From Thermoplasmatota archaeon (lineage in GTDB: Archaea; Thermoplasmatota; E2; DHVEG-1): 59,642 bases of DNA. A model generated the notes under the pieces. That model was not told the DNA's origin. It made no database searches and saw only the letters and a program-made list of their open reading frames with translations. The stretch covers positions 1-59,642 of the forward strand of contig JAJISJ010000001.1 in assembly GCA_022848765.1 (NCBI GenBank), read 5' to 3'. The position numbers and the translations under genes were made by a program. Every line of letters starts with the position of its first letter. Position 1 is the stretch's first letter. Of this stretch, positions 38,583 through 48,094 are shown piece by piece.

Positions 38583-38911
38583 AATAGTCCCTCAATTATC
38601 AAATAACAAATATACATTTAAATGTTCTTAAAAATATAAAAATAATATTAACGATATATAAAATTGATCACAATATTTTGTTTCTCATGAGTTTTTTAAA
38701 ACAAATTATTATATCATATTAAATAAAAATTTAATTATCAATAATAGTAACTTTTACTGATTTTGTCAAATATCCAATATAAAAATTACTAAGAAATAAA
38801 ACTATAAAGCTAAAGATATGGCTAAAATACTTATTTTATCCCTTTTATTTCCAATGGAAAATATATAATATAATTTATTTTAAACTTATTTCAAATTTCT
38901 TATTTAAACTT

Positions 38912-39298
38912 TTATCTCCAGAATACAAGTGCTGTAAATCCATTTAAAGTAATTTGTTCTTCGGTTTCTTGATAATAACCGATAAAACCAAATATAGTGA
39001 TAACATGACTGCCATCAAGAATAATATTGTTTGATGTATCTAGGAATTTATTAATTTCAATATGACTGTCTTCATTAAGTTTAAATCTCATAAATGCACC
39101 TCTTCCAAAGCCTAAAACAAAATCATTTGCTATAACAAAAGAAGATCCTGTTCCTTCAATTTTTATATGAGCTAATCTCATTTAATTGAATAATGACGTT
39201 GGTGTTTCCATTGTCTTTTCAGCATTGATGCTAGGTATTGTTACTAACATTAACATAAATAGCATCATACATGATATTGCAAATATTTTCTTTTTCAT
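38912..39298 (-). pseudogene. Small secreted protein interrupted by one in-frame TAA between signal peptide and mature domain
   Basis: The 38-codon signal-peptide ORF (MKKKIFAISCMMLFMLMLVTIPSINAEKTMETPTSLFN, RBS GAGGTGAT) ends in TAA at 39182-39184. That stop is exactly in frame with the 89-aa ORF 38912..39181. Confidence 0.4.
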
Positions 39299-39455
39299 CT
39301 ATTTATCACCTCAATTGTTTTTTATAATTGTTTTAATATAATATAAATCTTTGCTTATGAAAATGTTCCAAATGAATTATCTTAATCTATATCATAATTA
39401 GTAAGATACAGTTTAATTTTTAACTTCAAATTATATATATAATAAAAACATACTT

Positions 39456-39473
39456 AATTAACAATTGTTAATT
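39456..39473. promoter_or_regulatory. Perfect palindrome AATTAACAATTGTTAATT (core TTAACAATTGTTAA), putative operator
   Basis: 18-bp perfect inverted repeat 17-29 bp upstream of the candidate ATGs of the ThiF-like gene, just downstream of a TATA-like TTATATATATAA. Confidence 0.55.
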
Positions 39474-39489
39474 GATATATATTATAATA

Positions 39490-40512
39490 ATGGACATTAA
39501 TATGATAAAAAATAATAGATATAGTAGACAAATACTGCTAAATAAAATACAAAATGAAGGTCAAGAAAAAATAGCAGAAAGTAAGATAACTATTATTGGA
39601 TGTGGAGCGCTTGGAACTAATATTGCAAACAATCTAGCAAGATGTGGAATTGGTCAAATAACTGTTGTTGATAGAGATATAATCGAACTTAATAATCTTC
39701 AAAGACAAAATCTATATGATGAAAAAGATGTAGGATTACCAAAAGCTTCAGTCCTATCAGAGAAACTACAAAACATTAATTCGGAAATAAGAATTAATTC
39801 AATTGTAGATGATATAAATAATAAAAACATCGAGAAAATAATAAAAAAAACAAAAATTGTTCTAGATGGAACAGATAATATGTTAACAAGGTTTTTAATA
39901 AATGATGCATGTGTGAAAAACGATATACCATGGATTTATGGGGGGGCTATTGAAACAGAAGGAATGACAATGAATATTATCCCACATAAAACACCATGTC
40001 TAAGATGTCTAATAGAAAACATTCCAAAACCCGGATCTCTACCAACATGTGATACAATTGGAGTTTTAAATACAATTCCAAATGTGATAGCAAATATTCA
40101 AAGTACTGAAGCAATAAAAATAATCCTTAATAAAGAAATAAACAATGGTTTGATAGTATACAACATTTGGTCTCATGATTTCAACAATTATAAAATAAAA
40201 ATAAGAGAGAATTGTAAATGTTGTGGGAAACATAATTTTGAATATTTAAAAAAAGAGAAAAAAGAAGAAATTATTTCAATATGTGGTTCTGGGGCTATTC
40301 AAATAACTCCTGAAAATAAAATGTCAATTTCTTTCGAAGATTTACTTTTTAGATTAAAAAAAGTAGGTAAAGTTGATATTCATCCAATGGTACTAAGAGT
40401 TAAAATAAATGATTATGAGATAAATATTTTTAGAGATGGTAGAGCAATTATAATAGGTACAAATGATAAAAAAATGGCGAAATCACTTTATGCAAAATAT
40501 ATTGGATTATAA
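39490..40512 (+). CDS. ThiF/MoeB/HesA-family E1-like adenylyltransferase with an about 90-aa C-terminal extension
   Basis: RYSRQILL, GCGALGTNIANNLARCG, VDRDIIELNNLQRQ, and Zn CxxC pairs (PCLRC, CKCC). Start taken at MDINM; the ORF-track TTG start at 39472 lies inside the palindrome. Confidence 0.85.
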   Translation: MDINMIKNNRYSRQILLNKIQNEGQEKIAESKITIIGCGALGTNIANNLARCGIGQITVVDRDIIELNNLQRQNLYDEKDVGLPKASVLSEKLQNINSEIRINSIVDDINNKNIEKIIKKTKIVLDGTDNMLTRFLINDACVKNDIPWIYGGAIETEGMTMNIIPHKTPCLRCLIENIPKPGSLPTCDTIGVLNTIPNVIANIQSTEAIKIILNKEINNGLIVYNIWSHDFNNYKIKIRENCKCCGKHNFEYLKKEKKEEIISICGSGAIQITPENKMSISFEDLLFRLKKVGKVDIHPMVLRVKINDYEINIFRDGRAIIIGTNDKKMAKSLYAKYIGL

Positions 40513-40532
40513 ATATTTAATATTGGGCGTAT

Positions 40533-41483
40533 ATGGAGAAAAAAAAGAAGATTAAAGCGGTTGGATTACTTTCAGGAGGTCTTGATAGTACACTTGCTGT
40601 AAAATTAATGATAGACCAAAGCATTGATGTTACAGTATTGAATTTTTATTCACCATTTTGTACATGCACTCGACAGGGATGTAGGCATGAGGCGAAAAAA
40701 GTAGCAGAATTTTATGATTTACCCATTAAAATAATACCTACAGGTGTAGAATATATTCAAATGATAAAAAATCCTAAACATGGTTATGGGCGAAATATGA
40801 ATCCTTGTATTGATTGTAGGATTTTTATGTTTAAAAAAGCAAAAAAATATATGGAAAAGATAGGAGCAAAATTTATTTTTACAGGAGAAGTTCTTGGTCA
40901 GAGGCCTATGTCTCAACATAAAAAAGCTTTGAAAATTATTGAGAAAGAGGCAGGTTTAGAAAACATGGTTGTTCGACCATTATCCTCAAAATTATTACAA
41001 CCTACAATACCTGAAGAAAGACAATGGATTGATCGTGAGGAATTATTAAATATTCAAGGTAGGAGACGTTTACCTCAGATGGAATTAGCAGATGCATATG
41101 GTATAAAGGATTATCCTTGCCCAGCAGGAGGGTGTAGGCTTACAGATCCGCAATTCTCTAAAAGAATTAAGGAATCATTTGAAAATGGTGAGGATACAAT
41201 AAAGGATATTCAGCTTTTAAAATATGGGCGTCATTTTAGATTGGATAGCGGAGCAAAAATTGTTGTAGGTAGAAATGAAGAAGAAAATAAAATCCTATTA
41301 CGATTTTTTAATGAAAATGACGTTTTATTGGAAGTAAAAAATTATGGGAGCCCTATTGTTTTATTAAGAAAGAATAAAGGTGAGGATGATATAAAAAAAG
41401 CAGCTGATTTATGTTTTCGTTATAGTGATGCAGATGATATAAATGAAACTGATATTAGAATTGAAAATGGAGATAACATATAA
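40533..41483 (+). CDS. PP-loop ATP pyrophosphatase, ThiI/MnmA-like thiolation enzyme
   Basis: SGGLDS PP-loop at the N-terminus, NPCIDCRIFMF, TGEVLGQRPMSQ (ThiI-like), and a conserved Cys cluster YPCPAGGC. Confidence 0.75.
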   Translation: MEKKKKIKAVGLLSGGLDSTLAVKLMIDQSIDVTVLNFYSPFCTCTRQGCRHEAKKVAEFYDLPIKIIPTGVEYIQMIKNPKHGYGRNMNPCIDCRIFMFKKAKKYMEKIGAKFIFTGEVLGQRPMSQHKKALKIIEKEAGLENMVVRPLSSKLLQPTIPEERQWIDREELLNIQGRRRLPQMELADAYGIKDYPCPAGGCRLTDPQFSKRIKESFENGEDTIKDIQLLKYGRHFRLDSGAKIVVGRNEEENKILLRFFNENDVLLEVKNYGSPIVLLRKNKGEDDIKKAADLCFRYSDADDINETDIRIENGDNI

Positions 41484-41506
41484 AAATATTGGATAATTTT
41501 ATTTTA

Positions 41507-41818
41507 TCATATTGGACATTTATTTTTATTATTCATTAATCTGCATAGTCTACAGATCTCTTGTTCCAAAAAAGGACTACCTTTATTGATTATTAACTCT
41601 GCTGATATTTTAATCTCATTAAAAATTGAAGGATCTGTTATTTCCTTATCTGCTCTTTTATTACATCTATATTGACTTACAGCAGCGGGAGTAATATTTA
41701 ACATTTCAGCTGCTTCTTTTTGAGTTAAACCAAAATCATGGATCATGCAACATGCAATTCCCTTCCTAATCATTGGAATTGTTTCCCATATGGCCTTCTC
41801 ACAAGGCATTTTTTTCAT
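41507..41818 (-). CDS. Cys-rich helix-turn-helix DNA-binding protein
   Basis: HTH LTQKEAAEMLNITPAAVSQY plus 7 Cys (CC pair, CRLC, terminal C), suggesting metal or Fe-S binding. Confidence 0.55.
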   Translation of the reverse strand: MKKMPCEKAIWETIPMIRKGIACCMIHDFGLTQKEAAEMLNITPAAVSQYRCNKRADKEITDPSIFNEIKISAELIINKGSPFLEQEICRLCRLMNNKNKCPI

Positions 41819-41923
41819 ACAAACTATGAAAAGATTTCTACTTAAAATAAATAACTATTGATAATATCAGATTTTGTTTTTCAAGAATCATTAAAACAAT
41901 TGGAATAATTTAAAATTAGGAAA

Positions 41924-42874
41924 CTATAAGTTTGTTATTGGTTCTATTAATGGAAATAAATCGCTGGTATCTTCATATATAGTGTAAGGTGTATCCCAGA
42001 ATCCATCATTATTTTCATCAATGGAGTTAGGATATTTAGATTTATAATCACTCCAGTAATTTCCAATCATATTGAAATGCCATTGGTTATCATATTTATC
42101 ATCAGCATTAGGATTATTATCAATAATTGTATTGTTAAAAACAATATTATTGACCGCTCCACAACATAAATATATGCCTCGTCTATCATTATTTCTAATT
42201 ATATTCTTTTCAATTTTATTTTGTTGCGAACCCTTTATTCTTATTCCATTAGCATTAGTTGAAAATATGTTTAAATTGAATAGATTATTATTAGATTGAG
42301 ATGATGCGTAGATTCCATAATCTGTATTGCTTGAAAAATTATTTGAGATTATATCATTATTTATTGAATGTGCCATAAATAACCCATTTCTATTATCTAA
42401 AAGGATATTATTTGAAATCTCATTGTTATTAGAATTTTCAAGAAGTATTGCATAATTATTACTTTGAATAATATTGTTAGTAATAATATTATTAGATGAT
42501 ATCAATTTTATACCATTTGAGTTTAATGATTCATTATTACTAATTATTTTAAATCCATCAACAAGGCAATTATCACTATTTATTGTAATAATAGATATAT
42601 CTGTTTCATTACCTGAATAATTTAATATTGTTGAATTTTTAGTAGTTGCTATTAATCTTATTGATTTATCAATAACAAGAAGTTCATTATATTGACCTTG
42701 AGATACTTGTATAATATCACCGTTAGATGCGCCATTTATTGCACTCTGAATAGTACCATAATCCCCTTTTCCAATAATTGATATATCCCCTGAATCTTGT
42801 TCAACGCATCCGATTAATCCTTGAAATGATAATATTAACAAAACTAGTAAAATTAATATTTTATTTTTCAACAT
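41924..42874 (-). CDS. Secreted lipoprotein with right-handed parallel beta-helix repeats (NosD/pectate-lyase-like)
   Basis: LIGC lipobox and many about 22-aa repeats (N.I..N.I..N..gI). Start taken at MLKNKILILL; the ORF-track TTG start lies inside the palindrome. Confidence 0.7.
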   Translation of the reverse strand: MLKNKILILLVLLILSFQGLIGCVEQDSGDISIIGKGDYGTIQSAINGASNGDIIQVSQGQYNELLVIDKSIRLIATTKNSTILNYSGNETDISIITINSDNCLVDGFKIISNNESLNSNGIKLISSNNIITNNIIQSNNYAILLENSNNNEISNNILLDNRNGLFMAHSINNDIISNNFSSNTDYGIYASSQSNNNLFNLNIFSTNANGIRIKGSQQNKIEKNIIRNNDRRGIYLCCGAVNNIVFNNTIIDNNPNADDKYDNQWHFNMIGNYWSDYKSKYPNSIDENNDGFWDTPYTIYEDTSDLFPLIEPITNL

Positions 42875-42885
42875 ATAATTACCAC

Positions 42886-42899
42886 TTAACAATTGTTAA
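42886..42899. promoter_or_regulatory. Perfect palindrome TTAACAATTGTTAA, putative operator
   Basis: Second perfect copy, 12 bp upstream of the ATG (42874) of the beta-helix lipoprotein gene. Confidence 0.55.
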
Positions 42900-43087
42900 T
42901 AATATATTATCTGGTTTAAATATGTTCCTATTAATACAGTTATAATACTAACATAAACGTTATAATAATCAGAAATTAAATTATTCATTTTTTGTCTCTT
43001 ACGTAATTTTAAAACATCATGTATATCAAACATCAGCAAAAGAAGATTTATTAGTCTACAAATGTTATTATCTTTTGAAAACATATT

Positions 43088-43501
43088 ATGAAAGCAATTA
43101 TCAAACAAATTAAAGGAATATCATTTGTTGGAAAAACAGATAGTAATCATTGGGTTACAATAGATGGACCAAAAGAATTTGATGGATCAGAAGCAGCAGC
43201 AAGACCAAAAGAACTACTTCTTTTAGCACTTGGCACTTGTACGGGAAGTGATGTTGTAACGATTTTAAATAAGAAAAAAATGAAATTTACAGATTTTGAA
43301 CTTCATCTTGATGCTGAAGAAGCAAAAGATCATCCTAAAGTATTTACGAAAATCCATATTGAATTTTTATTTCGAGGAAAAGATCTTAACTCAAACCATA
43401 TCGAGCGAGCTATTGAACTTTCCCAGAATAAATATTGTCCTATTACGTATATGCTAAAATCTTCAGTTGAAATCAATACGTCTTATAAATTAGAATTTTA
43501 G
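43088..43501 (+). CDS. OsmC/Ohr-family peroxiredoxin-like protein
   Basis: ELLLLALGTCTGSDV and NKYCPI, the two conserved Cys contexts of OsmC. Confidence 0.85.
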   Translation: MKAIIKQIKGISFVGKTDSNHWVTIDGPKEFDGSEAAARPKELLLLALGTCTGSDVVTILNKKKMKFTDFELHLDAEEAKDHPKVFTKIHIEFLFRGKDLNSNHIERAIELSQNKYCPITYMLKSSVEINTSYKLEF

Positions 43502-43585
43502 ATATTATTTTTTATTTATATTTTTAATAATCAATTTAATCAAGTTTAAATATTAAAAATAAATAATAATATTTATTGAAAATCT

Positions 43586-44806
43586 ATGAAATCAAATAAA
43601 GGAGTATTAATTATAATAATATTAATAATTTTAAATTTATTATTCGGAGGTGTATTATTTTACATTATAACAGTAATTGAAGCTCCTGATATAGATACTA
43701 GTATTAAGATATTAGAGTTAAACGAAGAAGAAATTATAATTGAAATTAGAATTAATATCAATAATCCAAACTTTTTTTCAATAATTATTGAAGATTTTCA
43801 AATCGAATGTACAACTGAGGAGGGATTGGAATTTGGAAATATGCAAATAATTGGTGGTGAAGTTGCAGGATCATCTAATTCTACTTTTATTAACAATGGA
43901 AATTTTTCTTTTAATAATTATGATTTTGAACCTATCATAAATAAGATATCAGGTAAAATTGGATTCAACTTTTTTGGGATAATTCACAAAATAGTTCCAA
44001 TTAATATAACAATAATTTCACAATTGGGGGATATAATTTCAAACATTACTCCTCCAGATATAAACATAAATATAGAGATATCAGAAGTCGTTGAAAATGG
44101 AATATCTCTTCTTGGGGAGATAATTGTTTTTAATCCTAATAATTTTCAGATATTAATGGATGATATTTTATTAAATGTTGAAACTGAATTGAATAAAAAT
44201 GTTGGAAATTTTGAAATTATTTCTGGTAATATAAACCCAAATAGTTACAATAATTTTTCAATTAATGGTAATTTATCATATGAAACTCTTAATGCTGATA
44301 AAATAAAAATTAATCTTAAAGCAAAAGTAGGAGCTAATATAGCTGGTTTTAAAAAAATAATAAATATATCTTCAACAACCAAATTTGACATCCCTGATAT
44401 TCAAGAATTATTATTGATTAATGGGACAATGGATTTTTCAATTTCCGGGGAATTTAAATTAAAAATAGATGGCATATTAACAAATGTTGGACTAATCGTA
44501 TATAACCCAAGCGAGATTCCTTTACAAGCCACTAATCTTGTATGCATTGTTTCCAAAGTAACAAATAATGAAACTGAGATATTAGTAAAAAATAATATGA
44601 AAGAAAGTACAATACCTTCAAAAAATGAAGTTGTGTTAACAACAGAAATTAAAATACCTTATATAACATTAATAAAATTTGGGAATGGGAAAATATTTCC
44701 AGATTGGTTATTGATAACAATTGAGGGTGATTTTTCTATTGAAGGGACTAATCAATCTATCCCATTGTCATTTAATGGATATATAGATCTTAACTTATTT
44801 CAATAA
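43586..44806 (+). CDS. Membrane-anchored protein with three LEA_2/WHy-like domains
   Basis: N-terminal TM helix. Three repeats of the NPN-containing beta-sandwich signature (INNPNFFSIIIEDFQIEC, VFNPNNFQILMDDILLNV, VYNPSEIPLQATNLVCIV). Confidence 0.55.
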   Translation: MKSNKGVLIIIILIILNLLFGGVLFYIITVIEAPDIDTSIKILELNEEEIIIEIRININNPNFFSIIIEDFQIECTTEEGLEFGNMQIIGGEVAGSSNSTFINNGNFSFNNYDFEPIINKISGKIGFNFFGIIHKIVPINITIISQLGDIISNITPPDININIEISEVVENGISLLGEIIVFNPNNFQILMDDILLNVETELNKNVGNFEIISGNINPNSYNNFSINGNLSYETLNADKIKINLKAKVGANIAGFKKIINISSTTKFDIPDIQELLLINGTMDFSISGEFKLKIDGILTNVGLIVYNPSEIPLQATNLVCIVSKVTNNETEILVKNNMKESTIPSKNEVVLTTEIKIPYITLIKFGNGKIFPDWLLITIEGDFSIEGTNQSIPLSFNGYIDLNLFQ

Positions 44807-44936
44807 GTTATATTATTTATCATTAAATTAAATTGGGAAATTAAAATTATAACAAATAGGATTATTTTATTGGCTACAATTGAATAATAAACATTATATA
44901 TAAATAATATTTACAGTATTCTATAGGGTACATAAT

Positions 44937-45569
44937 ATGGCTTATAAATTTACATTCGATATTTCAAAATTACCAAAAGATCTTTTTATCGAAACATATG
45001 AATTTTGCGAATCAAATCCAAATATAGAAGAAACAAATGATATTGCTGAAAAATTTGTAAAAAAATTTGATGTAGATAATTTATCTGGTTTAACATTTGA
45101 TAATGCGAAAATGCTTATTCAAGATATAATCGATATCCAATTAAAAAATATTCACCTTAGAAATTATTTTGATAAATCTCATAAAAGAGCACTATTCCTA
45201 CCTCACTGTTGTAGAAAATATATGGATTCTAATTGTAAGGCTGAGTTTAAAATTGAAACTTCTTCCTATGAATGTAGACACTGTTCAAATGATTGTATGG
45301 TTAACCAGGCAACAAAAATTGCAAAAACCGAAGGATATGATGTTTATATCTTACCAGGCGCGTCTTGTTTAAGCAAGATTTTTGATAAGAAAAGATATGA
45401 AGGCGTTGTTGGTATTGCATGTACCGATGAAATAAAATTAGCTAATTCATGTTTATTCAAATTAAAAATCCCAGCTCAAGCAATACCTCTTCTAAAAAAC
45501 GGCTGTGCAGGCACAATATTCAGTGTTGATACCTTAAGAAAGATATTAGCGTCTACTAAAATAGCTTAA
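44937..45569 (+). CDS. DUF116-family Cys-rich protein
   Basis: LFLPHCCRK...C-x...YECRHCSNDC...GVVGIACTDE pattern, characteristic of DUF116. Confidence 0.6.
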   Translation: MAYKFTFDISKLPKDLFIETYEFCESNPNIEETNDIAEKFVKKFDVDNLSGLTFDNAKMLIQDIIDIQLKNIHLRNYFDKSHKRALFLPHCCRKYMDSNCKAEFKIETSSYECRHCSNDCMVNQATKIAKTEGYDVYILPGASCLSKIFDKKRYEGVVGIACTDEIKLANSCLFKLKIPAQAIPLLKNGCAGTIFSVDTLRKILASTKIA

Positions 45570-45758
45570 TACTTAAATAAATTTTATTCTATTTTTACTA
45601 AATTAAAATTGAAACTAGAGATGAAATTAAGATTAATATAGTAAACATCCATTAATATAATTATAAATGTTATAAGGGCTATAGCTATAAATAAAATCAA
45701 TGAAAATAGTAAATAAAAAATAATAATATTAAAAACTATAATTCGTTATTATGATATT

Positions 45759-46502
45759 ATGAAAAATATAAGATGGCAAATTGTCCTTGGAAGTATATTG
45801 ATAATACTATCGATTCTTGTTTATATTATTCATTATATAATTTTTAGAGATCCTCATCACATTTTTATTTATATGATTGGAGATATAGCTTTTGTATTCT
45901 TTGAAATATTACTTGTAACCTTGGTAATACATAGCCTACTAAATAAAAAAGAACTACAAGAAAAATTAGAAAAATTAAATATGTTAATAGGGGTATTTTT
46001 TAGTGTAGTTGGTGTAAAACTTCTTACAAGATTTTCTGACACGGATCCAAATTTAGATGATATTAAAAAAATGTTAATAGTAGATGAAAAATGGTCAGAC
46101 AAAAATTTTACTCAAATATCAAAAGTATTGAAAAAACAGAAATACAAAATTGATATTAATAAAATTAATTTAAAAGAACTAAAAGAATTAATAGTTACTC
46201 AGGGAGATTTTCTAACAAGATTATTAGAAAATCCTATATTATATGAACACGAATCCTTTACAGAATTATTAAGAACCGTATTCCATCTATATGAAGAACT
46301 AGAATATAGAAAAAACATATCAAAATTAATTGAAACTGATAGAAACCATATAAGAATTGATATAGAAAGATGTTACAAACATCTTGTATTGCAATGGCTA
46401 AGTTATATGCAACATCTGAAAAATAATTACCCATATCTATTTTCATTATCTATGAGAACAAACCCCTTTGATACAACTGCTTCAATTGAAATAAAAAAAT
46501 AA
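45759..46502 (+). CDS. Membrane protein with a cytoplasmic helical domain, unknown function
   Basis: Three N-terminal hydrophobic helices, then a charged helical region. No motif recognised. Confidence 0.45.
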   Translation: MKNIRWQIVLGSILIILSILVYIIHYIIFRDPHHIFIYMIGDIAFVFFEILLVTLVIHSLLNKKELQEKLEKLNMLIGVFFSVVGVKLLTRFSDTDPNLDDIKKMLIVDEKWSDKNFTQISKVLKKQKYKIDINKINLKELKELIVTQGDFLTRLLENPILYEHESFTELLRTVFHLYEELEYRKNISKLIETDRNHIRIDIERCYKHLVLQWLSYMQHLKNNYPYLFSLSMRTNPFDTTASIEIKK

Positions 46503-46557
46503 GTTTCATTATTAACAAAAATGTTAATATGCTAAAAAACATATAAATATTTTAAAT

Positions 46558-46841
46558 ATGGCTAAAAAACAAATACTAAATCAAAGAAAACTGATGATAA
46601 GATAATAAATTCAATTTTAAAATATCAAGAGGAATCTTCAATTCTTGGAAATACACTTTTCATTGGATTTCTAATATTTGGAACCTTATTGATTATTTTT
46701 TCAATAATATATTATATTTTAAAAGTATCTAACCCTTTTTGGATGGGAATATCAGCGTTCTTAATAAGTACTATAAGCGCAATTTTATATTATAGTTGTC
46801 AAAAAAGAAGGAATTGTAAGATTAGAATGATTGTTGATTAA
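46558..46841 (+). pseudogene. Small two-TM protein gene broken by a 1-nt frameshift in an A6 run
   Basis: ATG at 46558 gives MAKKQILNQRKLMIR-stop. Adding one A to the A6 run (46564-69) yields a 94-aa ORF with two TM helices ending at 46841. The 284-nt length equals 95 codons minus 1 nt. Confidence 0.3.
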
Positions 46842-47040
46842 AAGAATTATTAAAATAATTTCAATTAAAGAGAAATATGATTAAATAATTGGATGAGTAA
46901 TTGATAATTTTAAATATACAAGTTTTTCTCAAACATCACAATCTATGGAGAAATAAAAAATATTTCTACAATATTTAAAATTAAATTTATAATATGTTAT
47001 AGAAATTTATATAAACAATTAATGGATGCCAAAATCAAGT

Positions 47041-47103
47041 AGAAAGGGGGCAATTCTATTATTCAAAATCTAATCTTTTTTTATTGTTCCCTTTCTCCCT
47101 CCC
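47041..47103 (+). repeat. Purine-arm/pyrimidine-arm hairpin element E5
   Basis: AGAAAGGG(47041-48) pairs with CCCTTTCT(47089-96), plus 2 G-U pairs. The stem sequence is identical to E2. Followed by a CCCTCCC tract. Confidence 0.5.
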
Positions 47104-47159
47104 GAAAAGTTGTATAAATCCATATTATAATTAGTATTCAGATATTTAATATATTATAA

Positions 47160-47360
47160 TTAATCGATATCATCAAAAAAATCTTTTGGATTTTCATTAG
47201 CTGTATCAAAATCAAGGGTAATATCATCTACAATATCCTGCAACAATCCATCAAAAAATTCATTTTTAAAATGTTTAAGTTCATTATTATTATTTGAAAC
47301 CTTTCCAATAAAACTTGTATCACTTTTACTTATTTCAATAGAATATAAAAGCTCATCCAT
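47160..47360 (-). CDS. Small acidic protein (66 aa), unknown function
   Basis: ORF with RBS GGTGAT 4 nt upstream. Highly acidic C-terminus. Confidence 0.35.
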   Translation of the reverse strand: MDELLYSIEISKSDTSFIGKVSNNNNELKHFKNEFFDGLLQDIVDDITLDFDTANENPKDFFDDID

Positions 47361-47549
47361 CCGATCACCTTAATAAATTTACAATAACTATAAATTATAT
47401 TCATATATTAAAACCTAATTGATTTTTCACTATATTTTAATATCCCAAAAATGATTAATACATTTAACTATCTTCTTTTCATACATAAGAATATTAACCC
47501 TTAAAATTTTTTTTAAAAAAAGAAAATATATTAACATTTAAATCCCTAT

Positions 47550-47567
47550 TGTGATATTAGAATCACA
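47550..47567. promoter_or_regulatory. Palindrome TGTGAT-N6-ATCACA
   Basis: 6-bp arms separated by ATTAGA. Overlaps the in-frame TAG (47558-60) that truncates the MscS-like reading frame. GGAG RBS at 47570-73, between the palindrome and the GTG start. Confidence 0.3.
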
Positions 47568-48076
47568 TAGGAGATCGAGTGATAATATCTGATGTTAAAG
47601 GAGATATTAAAGATATTACCTTAACTCATATATTTCTAAATGAAATTGGTGGAACAATAGACGGAGAAGAAAAATCTGGTAGAACAGTAATGCTACCTAC
47701 ATCAATAATTTTTGATGAAGAAGTAATAAATTATACCGAAAAAGATGAATATATTTTAGATGACGTAACTGTTGCAATAACCTATGAAAGTAATTTAGAA
47801 AAGGCTGAAAAAATAACTATTGAATCAGTAAAAAAAATAATGCTCCCCTATAAATTAGATCATCCAAAAAAATTAAATCAAGAACCTCATAATAGAATAA
47901 AATTTAAAGATTCAGGAGTTGACATAACTATTCGATATAAAAGTATAGTAAGAAAAAGAAATCAAATAACAACAGAAATTACACGAGAAATATTTAATCG
48001 CATTAGAAGAGAAAAAAATGGTGAAATTGCATATCCTCACACAGAAGTTGTATTTAGAAATAAAAATAATAAATGA
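47561..48076 (+). pseudogene. 5'-truncated mechanosensitive channel (MscS family) remnant: beta-domain and C-terminal domain only
   Basis: IGDRVIISDVKGDIKDITLTHIFL...GRTVMLPTSIIFDEEVINYT matches the MscS pore-proximal beta domain. Homology starts right after the in-frame TAG. No TM helices are encoded upstream in any frame. Confidence 0.6.
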
Positions 48077-48094
48077 TTATAGCGGGATAAAAAC

